Shown: positions 8,923 through 16,709 of the stretch, one piece after another | Layout of the letters: each line of letters starts with the position of its first letter | How positions within the stretch are numbered: position 1 is the first letter of the stretch | Assembly (NCBI GenBank): GCA_028711165.1 | Contig: JAQTST010000001.1 | Location: 394,986-418,985, forward strand | Direction of reading: 5' to 3' | DNA length: 24,000 nt | Source: Candidatus Nanoarchaeia archaeon | GTDB taxonomy: Archaea; Nanobdellota; Nanobdellia; Pacearchaeales; GW2011-AR1 | Notes under the pieces: generated by a model | The model's database searches: none | What the model was told of the DNA's origin: nothing | The model's input: the letters and a program-made list of their open reading frames with translations, nothing else | Program-made: the position numbers and the translations under genes

Positions 8923-9104
8923 CTTGTTTTAATTGCAAGGTTTCCTTTGTCTTTCAAATTTAATTTCTGGGCAATCTCTGATTTTTCGGGATTTAGCAAG
9001 ATTATTCTTCCCTTGAAACTTTCAGTAGCTTCTTTAGAATCGCATTTAGGGCATTTCTCATCTTCAAATATTGTATTACAAATTTTACATGCTTTTGGTT
9101 TCAT
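8919..9104 (-). CDS. spt4: Transcription elongation factor Spt4 / RNA polymerase subunit E''
   Basis: ACKICNTIFEDEKCPKC...FKGRIILLNPEKSEIAQKL zinc protein typical of archaeal Spt4; adjacent to rpo7. Confidence 0.9.
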   Translation of the reverse strand: MKPKACKICNTIFEDEKCPKCDSKEATESFKGRIILLNPEKSEIAQKLNLKDKGNLAIKTR

Positions 9105-9712
9105 TTCTTTTTCTTTCCTCCCTTGCCCTTTGCTGCTTTCTCTTCGTCTTTTAATGCTTTTTGTTCAGCTTTATTTTTCTTTAGAGTATCTTCTTTAATC
9201 CATTCAATTTTTCCCAATCCAGGTTGTCTCATTGTCAGTCCGATTTTTAATTCTCCACCTTTGTGAGATATTGCAACGATTCTCGCAATGCACAAATCTC
9301 CCTGTTTTAATGTTCTCTTTGATGCTTTTCCGATTAATGAATTTGTCTTGTTGAAACTGACATAATCATCCATTGTCTGCGAGATGTGAATCATTCCTTT
9401 CATTGCACCCAAATCCATGAATGCTCCGAAATTTGTTATTTCTGCAACTACCCCGTAAACAAGTTCCTGCAGTTCAGGTCTCCAAACGAGCAACTTGAAT
9501 CTTGAACGATAGTAAGCTGCACCGTCGCCGGGGATTATAACTCCCTCACCAACCTCGAGAACTTCAATAATTGAAAGAACTTTTCCTAATTCTTTGTCAT
9601 AGAAGTCAGTGTAGGTTTCTTTAAGCTGTTTTTCAACGGACTCGATAGTAGGCAACCCGAATAATTTCGGCTCTACTCTTATGTAATCCTCAACTTCAGA
9701 TATGTAGAACAT
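9101..9712 (-). CDS. rpo7: DNA-directed RNA polymerase subunit Rpo7 (E')
   Basis: MFYISEVEDYIRVEP...GKVLSIIEVLEVGEGVIIPGDGAAYYRSRFKLLVWRPELQELVYGVVAEITNFGAFMDLGAMKGMIHISQ; S1 domain. Confidence 0.95.
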   Translation of the reverse strand: MFYISEVEDYIRVEPKLFGLPTIESVEKQLKETYTDFYDKELGKVLSIIEVLEVGEGVIIPGDGAAYYRSRFKLLVWRPELQELVYGVVAEITNFGAFMDLGAMKGMIHISQTMDDYVSFNKTNSLIGKASKRTLKQGDLCIARIVAISHKGGELKIGLTMRQPGLGKIEWIKEDTLKKNKAEQKALKDEEKAAKGKGGKKKK

Positions 9713-9723
9713 TTTAACAAAAA

Positions 9724-10188
9724 TTATAACAAAAATCGGTTTAAAAAGGTTATTATATGTCTATAGAGAAAGCTGAACAAATAACCGAGGACAATCCAGA
9801 TTAAAAACATCTGCAGGCTTATTATCCCCATAAAATTAAGAAAATGATTAGAGTAATCCCAAAGTTTATGTCCGAATACAATTAAGGAGAATAATCCACC
9901 AATTAATTCCCATGCCAAAATTATCACTGCATTGAGAATTCCCCAGTAGACAAATTTGACTTTCTTTTTTTCCAACAGTTTTTCAAAAAAGATTAATATG
10001 ACTCCAACAAAACCATAGTAGGGAATAAAATATAATTTTAAATTTAACAATTCAAATAACCCTTTATCATAAGCAATTCCTCTTCCACCAACAAGTCCAA
10101 AGAGATACTCCATCAGAGAACCCAGAAAAGAGAAAGCAATAAAATAAAAAATATACATCACAAAGTTGAAATTTCTTTTTTCTTTCAT
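9724..10188 (-). CDS. Multi-pass membrane protein, putative ABC-transporter type IV (DUF1113-like)
   Basis: YIFYFIAFSFLGSLMEYLFG...YYGFVGV...IILAWELIGG...WDYSNHFLNFMGIISLQMFLIWIVLGYLF pattern with several TM helices. Confidence 0.65.
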   Translation of the reverse strand: MKEKRNFNFVMYIFYFIAFSFLGSLMEYLFGLVGGRGIAYDKGLFELLNLKLYFIPYYGFVGVILIFFEKLLEKKKVKFVYWGILNAVIILAWELIGGLFSLIVFGHKLWDYSNHFLNFMGIISLQMFLIWIVLGYLFSFLYRHIITFLNRFLL

Positions 10189-10541
10189 TTCACAATTTCC
10201 AGCCTTTTTTCTCCCCTTATTGTCATCTTCTGATTTTTAATTCTTGATTTCATTTCTCTATCTAATGTTGCAATAATCCAACCTTCATTTTCTCTTGCAG
10301 TTTTTATAATTCCTTTATCTACATTTTTTCCATGCAGAGTAATTTTTTTGAATTCATTTTTCTCCAAAATCTTTAGCGCAATTTTTGCTTCGGGTTTTGA
10401 GTTTGAAATTCCCCTAAGTTCTTCAATTACCTGTTTTGGAATTATCACTGACAAGCCCAGCGATTGAACTTCTTCGAAAAAATCTATTTTTTTTCTGACG
10501 CACGAAAGAATAAAATTTGTGTCGAGCAAAGCATATTTCAT
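10185..10541 (-). CDS. PIN-domain protein, FCF1/UTP23-like small archaeal type
   Basis: YALLDTNFIL, IIPKQVIEELRG, NVDKGII and WIIATLDREMKSRI supply the PIN acidic residues. Located upstream of rpo7. Confidence 0.8.
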   Translation of the reverse strand: MKYALLDTNFILSCVRKKIDFFEEVQSLGLSVIIPKQVIEELRGISNSKPEAKIALKILEKNEFKKITLHGKNVDKGIIKTARENEGWIIATLDREMKSRIKNQKMTIRGEKRLEIVK

Positions 10542-10606
10542 ACGCTACAGAATGAACAGATGTATAAAAACTTAACATTTATTAATGGGAATTTCTTTTT
10601 TTCTTT

Positions 10607-11170
10607 ATGCAGGAAAAAGAGAATGCTCTCAGGATTCTTCAGGAAGCAAAGGATGCAATTAAGAATAATGATTCCATCAAATTGAAATTGCTGAGCAACC
10701 AGACGAACAACACCGCGTCGCTGACTCAGGACCCCGACAATATTGCCGTCGCTGTTGCTGTTTATTCTATCAGCAAAATAGTTGAGAGAGTCGAATACAG
10801 AACTCTTCCCGGCTGGAAAGATTTTTACAAGACAATTAATTCTGCCATCGATAACTCCATATCTGCAATAAAGAAAAATGATGACGCAAAACTTACAGAC
10901 AGTCTTATTTCCATCCGAGATGCTGTTTCGAAACTTTCGGGGAGGCTGAAAGATTATATTCAGGATGTTTTCAGAAAAGCACAGATAAACAAAGCTTCGA
11001 AAATTTATGAGCACGGGATTTCCATGGAACAGACTGCAAATCTTTTGGGGATAACTTTGTTTGAACTTGCAACTTATTCAGGGCAAAAACCTGAAGGTGC
11101 TGAAGCTCCTCTGGCAAAAACTCTCGACGTCAAATCAAGAATTAAAACTGCAATGGATTTATTCCGATGA
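10607..11170 (+). CDS. Conserved-looking hypothetical helical protein with C-terminal HTH-like segment
   Basis: Open frame with HTH-like ASKIYEHGISMEQTANLLGITLFELATYSG; 4-nt overlap with the downstream PIN gene. Confidence 0.7.
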   Translation: MQEKENALRILQEAKDAIKNNDSIKLKLLSNQTNNTASLTQDPDNIAVAVAVYSISKIVERVEYRTLPGWKDFYKTINSAIDNSISAIKKNDDAKLTDSLISIRDAVSKLSGRLKDYIQDVFRKAQINKASKIYEHGISMEQTANLLGITLFELATYSGQKPEGAEAPLAKTLDVKSRIKTAMDLFR

Positions 11171-11874
11171 TTAAAAACAATTCTGCAACTAAGGTAATAA
11201 TTTTTGATTCAAGCTCTCTGATAAATTTTACAATGAATGGATTGCTGGAAGAGTTTGGAGAATTGAAAAAAAGATTTGATGGGAAATTTATTATAACAAA
11301 AGAAGTAAGCGCAGAGGTTATAGACAAACCAATGACAATTCCCCGATTCAAACTTGAAGCTTTGAAAATAAAAAAATTGATTGATGAAAAAATTATTGAA
11401 TTGCCGTCGGCAATCGGGATTGATGACAGGGAAGTTACAAAAAAAACAATGGAAGTCAAAGACAAGGCGAATAACATGTTTTTTGGGCGGGGAAATGCGA
11501 TACAAATTATCCACTCAGGAGAAGCTTCGTGTCTTGCACTTAGCATTCTGCTTAATGAGAAAAAAATAGATAATGTCCTTTCTGTCGACGAGAGAACTTT
11601 GAGGATGCTTGGGGAAAAGCCTGAAAATCTGTCGATTTTCCTCGGAAGAAAATTACATGCAGATATACAAATGCACGACGAAAATCTGAGTTATTTTCAG
11701 AATTTCAGATTTATACGTTCAACAGAACTGATGTATGTTGCGTACAAAAAAGGAATAGTAAAGCTGAAAAATCATAATGTTCTCGACGCTATTCTTTACG
11801 CGCTGAAACTTAACGGCTGTTCAATTTCTGACGAGGAAATCAGCGAGATGAAAAGAATGAATAATAATAAATAA
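11167..11874 (+). CDS. PIN-domain-like protein
   Basis: IIFDSSSLIN, TKEVSAEVI, SGEASCLAL and VLSVDERTLR provide four spaced acidic positions; C-terminal extension. Confidence 0.75.
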   Translation: MIKNNSATKVIIFDSSSLINFTMNGLLEEFGELKKRFDGKFIITKEVSAEVIDKPMTIPRFKLEALKIKKLIDEKIIELPSAIGIDDREVTKKTMEVKDKANNMFFGRGNAIQIIHSGEASCLALSILLNEKKIDNVLSVDERTLRMLGEKPENLSIFLGRKLHADIQMHDENLSYFQNFRFIRSTELMYVAYKKGIVKLKNHNVLDAILYALKLNGCSISDEEISEMKRMNNNK

Positions 11875-11980
11875 GAATGTAAGACACCTTATCGGTTTCT
11901 TAACACTCAACTTCCCTTTAAATTTGAGTCAAGCCTGATCATAAAAACAATTAAAAATAGATTTCTTTTCATTAGTTCAT

Positions 11981-12092
11981 GGGTGCATAGGCTAATGGTA
12001 GACTGGCTGCCTCCAGAGCAAATCTCTGAGATTTCCTCTCTCCGCATTTGCAGAGAGAGCAGCATATCGGGGTTCGATTCCTCGTGCGCCCA
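11981..12092 (+). tRNA. tRNA-Trp(CCA) with 41-nt intron at 12017..12057
   Basis: Acceptor GGGTGCA/TGCGCCC + A73. Anticodon stem GCTGC(12006-12010)/GCAGC(12059-12063), CCA at 12013-12015. T-arm CGGGG-TTCGATT-CCTCG. Intron flanked by AG|A three-nt bulges. Confidence 0.92.
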
Positions 12093-12118
12093 TTTTTATC
12101 TCCCAGAAAGAATTAGAA

Positions 12119-13174
12119 TTATTCTTTTAAATGGCTTATCTTTTCCAGCATCTCGTTAATTTTTTCCTCTTCGAAAAAGGGAATTAAATCTTCTTTTTTA
12201 AGTTCAAGAATTGCCACTAAATTTTTGAAATTTTTGATTAAAGTTCCCGCTTCTTTTTCTGAAATTCCTGCTCTTCCAAGAGTTCTGTGCCCTTTTGAAG
12301 TTATGTCGCTATCTTCTGATAAACCGAGACATTGTTTTATATTTTCAAGTTCGAGAAGCTCATCGTAACTCAGTACAGAAAGAATTTTTTTAGAACGACT
12401 CAATCCAAGCCGGGTGTAATCTCTTATGACGTCGTCGATTTCTTTTTCAACTCTGTAAAGAATTTCTTTCAGTCTTGATTTTACTATTGTTCCCTCTGCT
12501 CCTAATTCGATGATATACCCTTTCAATGTTTCTGAAATTTTTATAATCATAATTCCTCTCTGGATTAACAAAAGAGATTTTGCAAGTGCAGGTCTTTTTT
12601 TTAGCTCTTCTCTGTCTAACTCATTTTTATTTTTTTCAAAAACTTCTTTGTGCTTTTCAAGAATCTGGAGAACTTCTGTTGCTCTCCTGATTATATCACT
12701 CGTGCTTCTGATAACATATTTTATGTTCTTGTAAAAAAGTGCAATCTCATCTCTTCGCTGAGAGACTGTTATAACGACGGTTTCTGCCTGTTTTGCTGTT
12801 CTTTCTGCTGCTTTGTGCCTTGTACCTGTCTCATTTGAAGCGATTGAATTATTCGGCGTCAGAAGAACATTTGCATGCAGAATTTTTTTCAAATCTTTTG
12901 AGAGAATTATTGCTCCGTCCATTTTGCTCAGTTCAATAAGCCTTTGGGGAGTTACTCTTGAATTTATCTTGAAACCTCCCTCGAAAATATTCTCTGTAAA
13001 TTCATTGTAGGCGACAATCAGTCCCCCTGTTTTTGCTTTCTGGATTCCTTCAACTGCCGAGCGAATAGAAGTTCCCGGAGAAATAATTTTCAATATATCT
13101 GTGATTTCTTCTTTCTTGACTTCTTTTTTGCCTTCAACGAGCCTTACCTGGATCTCCTTTTTTTCCTCTTCCAT
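12119..13174 (-). CDS. disA: DisA-type diadenylate cyclase (c-di-AMP synthase) with C-terminal HhH region
   Basis: KMDGAIILSKD (DGA motif), ASNETGTRHKAAERTAKQ (RHR-like motif, here RHK), DisA linker region, and C-terminal HhH-like LGRAGISEKEAGTLIKNFKNL. The start at MEEEKKEIQ is preferred over 13195. Confidence 0.88.
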   Translation of the reverse strand: MEEEKKEIQVRLVEGKKEVKKEEITDILKIISPGTSIRSAVEGIQKAKTGGLIVAYNEFTENIFEGGFKINSRVTPQRLIELSKMDGAIILSKDLKKILHANVLLTPNNSIASNETGTRHKAAERTAKQAETVVITVSQRRDEIALFYKNIKYVIRSTSDIIRRATEVLQILEKHKEVFEKNKNELDREELKKRPALAKSLLLIQRGIMIIKISETLKGYIIELGAEGTIVKSRLKEILYRVEKEIDDVIRDYTRLGLSRSKKILSVLSYDELLELENIKQCLGLSEDSDITSKGHRTLGRAGISEKEAGTLIKNFKNLVAILELKKEDLIPFFEEEKINEMLEKISHLKE

Positions 13175-13273
13175 TCTAAAATCTCCGAAACACAACAGGA
13201 ATATATTTTGTCTTTAAATATTTTTATCTGTTTTTTTAAATAACTTTAAAAATAAAATCGTCGATATATAACG

Positions 13274-14683
13274 ATGAAAAGGGGGAAAAAAATTTCTGAA
13301 AATTGCCTGAAAGAAGAAACAAAAAAAATTAGTGTAAAAGAAGGTGTTGCCTACAGTTTCATGGACGGGGCAGGGCTGAGATATATCACACCTTATGCTC
13401 TTGCAATCGGCGCGAATAATGCACAGATAGGTTTTCTTACTTCAATTCCGTCGCTGTTGGGAAATTTCTCGCAATTTTTTACTTCGAAAGCTGTTGAAAA
13501 ATATCCAAGAAAAAAAATAGTCGCAGTGAGCATTTTCCTGCAAGCTTTAATGTGGATACCTTTGATTATACTTGGTTATCTATTTTTCTATAAAAATTTT
13601 GACCACGGACTTAGCGCGACGCTGATGATTGTTTTTTTTACATTGATGGTTCTATTCGGAGCTTTTGCATCTCCTGCCTGGAATTCTCTGATTAAAGATA
13701 TCGTCGATAAATGCAGGGGAGAATATTTTGGAAAGAGAAACAGGATTCTTGGAATCACTTCAATTTTAGTCATGCTTGCCTGCGGTTTTATACTTAATTA
13801 TTTCACCAAGATAAATTTACTTCTGGGATTCGGAATAATTTTTGGAATTGCATTTATTGCAAGATTGATATCCGGATATTTCATGACTAAATATTATGAA
13901 CCAAAACTCAAACTCGAAAAAGGATATTATTTCAGTTTCTGGGAATTTATCAAAGGTGTTCCGAAAAGCAACTTCGGAAAATTCACAGTATTCATCGGGC
14001 TGATAAGTTTTGCAGCGTCGATAGCATCGCCTTTTTTTGCAGTTTATCTGCTCAGAGATTTGAATCTGAGTTATTTAATCTGGACTGTTGTCGTTGTCTT
14101 TAATTCAATCGGAACGTTTTTGTTCATGCCGTTGTGGGGAAAATTCGCTGACAAATACGGCAACCTCAAGGTTTTGAAATGGACAGGTGCATTCGTCGGG
14201 GCGATACCTTTGTTATGGGTTGGAGTCATGTTTGTCTTACCAATAAATGTTCCATTGGTAATTGTTTATCTTAGTGCTATTGAACTTTTCTCGGGATTCA
14301 TCTGGGCAGGATTTAACTTGTCAGCAACTAATTTTATTTACGACGCAGTAAGCAACCAGAAAACTGCTTTATGTATTTCTTATTATAACATAATCAACGG
14401 AATAGGGGTTTTTATCGGTGCAAGCATTGGAGGACTTTTAGCTTCTATGAATTTTAATATTTTTGGAATTGGGCCTCTTTTATTTATATTCTTAATAAGC
14501 GGAATTGCAAGATATCTGATTTATCTATTTATGATTCCCAAGATAAAGGAAGTCAGAGGAGTAAAGGAATACCACGACGGAGAATTTAAAAAAGAACTTA
14601 AAAAAATGCTGGTGCCTCCGCCATTCAGATTCTTAAAACACCATCACACATCTACCAGTTCTTTTATTGTTCCGAAATTGTAA
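13274..14683 (+). CDS. Major facilitator superfamily transporter
   Basis: About 12 hydrophobic segments; MFS-like loop PLWGKFADKYGNLKVLKW. Confidence 0.8.
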   Translation: MKRGKKISENCLKEETKKISVKEGVAYSFMDGAGLRYITPYALAIGANNAQIGFLTSIPSLLGNFSQFFTSKAVEKYPRKKIVAVSIFLQALMWIPLIILGYLFFYKNFDHGLSATLMIVFFTLMVLFGAFASPAWNSLIKDIVDKCRGEYFGKRNRILGITSILVMLACGFILNYFTKINLLLGFGIIFGIAFIARLISGYFMTKYYEPKLKLEKGYYFSFWEFIKGVPKSNFGKFTVFIGLISFAASIASPFFAVYLLRDLNLSYLIWTVVVVFNSIGTFLFMPLWGKFADKYGNLKVLKWTGAFVGAIPLLWVGVMFVLPINVPLVIVYLSAIELFSGFIWAGFNLSATNFIYDAVSNQKTALCISYYNIINGIGVFIGASIGGLLASMNFNIFGIGPLLFIFLISGIARYLIYLFMIPKIKEVRGVKEYHDGEFKKELKKMLVPPPFRFLKHHHTSTSSFIVPKL

Positions 14684-15393
14684 ACTTCGTTTTTGCCGGC
14701 AGCATATACCACAAAATTTTTCAGATTCCTTTTAGGAATTATTGAAAAATAATCTTCATATTCATGCTCGATTGAATTTATTGTTGTCCCTTCAATTGTT
14801 GCGAGAAAACTCGGAAGAATAATAATATTTTTTCTTTTGAATTTGCCGACGAGAAAACACTTGTATTTCTCTCTTTTCACTCCTGATTCTTCTGCGAGGA
14901 TTATTGACGGATGAAGATGTCCGATGACAATCGTTTTTATCTTTTCACCAAATATCTCCGGAAAAAGTTTATGCCCGTGGGTGAAAGCCAAATCACCGTC
15001 GATAAAATAATCCTTTAGCCTGTCTGAAAAAGAGTAATCAATTGTATCGTGATTTCCTTTTATGAGAATTACCTTTTTGTCGTCGATATATCCTTTCAGA
15101 AATTTCAGAATATCATTGAAATAATTTTTTTCTTTCCATTCATATGAAAAAGAATGCTTGATATCTCCGATAAAAACAATTTTTTTCAGTTTGAGATTTC
15201 TCTTTTTTATTTCTTCGAAAATTTCTGCCAGTTCTTTTTTTACTTCTTCAATCTGCATTTCAGGGACGAGAACTCCTGACTGCTGGAGCTTGTATTCAAA
15301 TCCGAGATGCAAATCTCCGACTGCAAGAATTCCCTTTTCAGGGAAAAATATTGTTTTTCCGAGGAAGATATAATTTTTCATATGCCCCTGCAA
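14644..15393 (-). CDS. Metallophosphoesterase (calcineurin-like, PdeM/MJ0037-like)
   Basis: ILAVGDLHLGFE, VFIGDIKHSF, LIKGNHD, AFTHGH and IVIGHLHPS. Converges with and overlaps the MFS gene by 40 nt. Start may be internal (MKNYIFL, 15381). Confidence 0.85.
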   Translation of the reverse strand: MQGHMKNYIFLGKTIFFPEKGILAVGDLHLGFEYKLQQSGVLVPEMQIEEVKKELAEIFEEIKKRNLKLKKIVFIGDIKHSFSYEWKEKNYFNDILKFLKGYIDDKKVILIKGNHDTIDYSFSDRLKDYFIDGDLAFTHGHKLFPEIFGEKIKTIVIGHLHPSIILAEESGVKREKYKCFLVGKFKRKNIIILPSFLATIEGTTINSIEHEYEDYFSIIPKRNLKNFVVYAAGKNEVYNFGTIKELVDV

Positions 15394-15529
15394 GGATTTG
15401 AACCTTGGTCACAAGCTTTTCGCGCATTCTTTGAAAAATAGTTTCTTTCTTCAAAGCCTAATTCTTTCTTTTCTAAAGAAAGAAGTGGCACCGCAAGCTC
15501 GCATTCTATCCAGACTGAACTACAGAGGC
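15383..15529 (-). tRNA. tRNA-Arg(GCG) with 73-nt intron at 15418..15490
   Basis: Reverse complement: acceptor GCCTCTG/CAGGGGC + A73, D-stem GTTC/GAAT, anticodon stem CGAGC/GCTTG, loop TTGCGG|intron|A (GCG at 15492-15494), T-arm CAAGG-TTCAAAT-CCTTG. Minus-strand TATA-like TTTATAAATAC upstream. Confidence 0.9.
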
Positions 15530-15580
15530 TTATTATGCGATGGAGATGAAACTAGAAAAAAGTTTGTATTTATAAATTAA

Positions 15581-15952
15581 TTAGATTGGAGTTATGCTTA
15601 TCTCACAACTGTCATCACAAACACAAATATGTGAATAATCACTAACCTCGTCGCCGACATTATTGCAATTCCATCTTATTCCCGGGAAATGTCCTTTGCA
15701 GGCGTTGTTTGTTATGCAGGATTTTTCCAACTCGAAAACATCATCTTTCAGCATGTCGTATTTTACTAACAACTCATTTAACTGAGAACTTAAATTATTC
15801 CTGTCTGAAGTTAATTGCTGAACTTGTTCTTCCAACGAATTGATTGCAGCTTTTACTTTTATCCCAGTGTAAACACCATAGATTAAAATAACGACGAGAA
15901 CAGCGATAATAGAAATTAAAATTATTGTAACTTTACTTCTCTTTTTTTTCAT
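15581..15952 (-). CDS. Membrane-anchored coiled-coil protein with Cys-rich C-terminus
   Basis: MKKKRSKVTIILISIIAVLVVILIYGVY signal-anchor, heptad-like INSLEEQVQQLTSDRNNLSSQLNELL, then seven cysteines. The track start at 15991 is probably too far upstream. Confidence 0.6.
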   Translation of the reverse strand: MKKKRSKVTIILISIIAVLVVILIYGVYTGIKVKAAINSLEEQVQQLTSDRNNLSSQLNELLVKYDMLKDDVFELEKSCITNNACKGHFPGIRWNCNNVGDEVSDYSHICVCDDSCEISITPI

Positions 15953-16088
15953 TATCATAAATATAAAAAGAAGTATATAAATTTTTTTCAAATAAATTTA
16001 AAAAGTATATTTGCATAATGTATATTATAATATAATCATTACTGAAAGTAAATATAAATTTACATTCAATGAAAGGAGGTAAAAAAAT

Positions 16089-16265
16089 ATGGCAAAAAGA
16101 GGAATGAAATTGAGCATGCACAAATTCAAGGGAATAGCAATGATTGTTCTTGGTTTATTGGTAATCGGAAATGTTTACTGGCAGGTTGTAGACTGGGGAA
16201 CATTCATAGGAGTTGTTATTGCTTTGACAGGAGCAATGAAATTATTCATGAAGCATAAGATGTAA
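16089..16265 (+). CDS. 58-aa small membrane protein (absent from the ORF track)
   Basis: MAKRGMKLSMHKFKGIAMIVLGLLVIGNVYWQVVDWGTFIGVVIALTGAMKLFMKHKM. Strong SD GAAAGGAGGT just upstream; two hydrophobic segments with basic termini. Confidence 0.85.
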   Translation: MAKRGMKLSMHKFKGIAMIVLGLLVIGNVYWQVVDWGTFIGVVIALTGAMKLFMKHKM

Positions 16266-16313
16266 GAAGATAAATTTTATTTTTTATTTTTTGATATAAA
16301 TAAGAACAAGAAA

Positions 16314-16709
16314 ATGAAAATATATGCGCGTTCGATAGAGAAAGATACTCTGAAGAATAATTACTTCAGGAGAGTTTTGTTTACTGGAAAGCACGCTCAA
16401 CTTGTTGTGATGTCTTTGCTTCCAGGAGAAGAAATTGGAAATGAAATACATAAACATGTTGACCAGTTTTTCAGACTTGAACAGGGCGAGGCAAAATTTG
16501 TTCTGCATAACGGGAAAGAGAAACATATCGTGGGAAATGGCGACGCTGTTATTGTGCCTGCAGGAACCTGGCATAACGTAATAAATAATTCTAAGACGAA
16601 GAAATTGAAATTGTATACGATTTATTCGCCACCAAATCATCCGCCCGGAAGGAAGCAGAAGACGAAAGCGGAAGCGGAGAGGGCTGAGAAGAGGGAACGG
16701 AAACATTAA
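16314..16709 (+). CDS. Cupin-domain protein
   Basis: LLPGEEIGNEIHKHVDQFFRLEQGEAKFVL...GDAVIVPAGTWHNVINNS, cupin motifs 1 and 2. Confidence 0.88.
   Translation: MKIYARSIEKDTLKNNYFRRVLFTGKHAQLVVMSLLPGEEIGNEIHKHVDQFFRLEQGEAKFVLHNGKEKHIVGNGDAVIVPAGTWHNVINNSKTKKLKLYTIYSPPNHPPGRKQKTKAEAERAEKRERKH

Noticed and set aside
10538-11014. 158-aa minus-strand ORF
   Set aside because: Antisense shadow of the 10607..11170 coding gene; composition not protein-like.
11875-11980. Possible C/D box sRNA upstream of tRNA-Trp
   Set aside because: No convincing RUGAUGA and CUGA pair in the right order; the segment near 11950-11960 is better explained as the tRNA box A.
15398-15580. 60-aa plus-strand ORF from the track
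   Set aside because: It lies over the intron-containing minus-strand tRNA-Arg and its upstream promoter; no SD or family similarity.
16284-16706. 140-aa minus-strand ORF opposite the cupin gene
   Set aside because: The plus frame has clear cupin motifs; the minus frame is its shadow.
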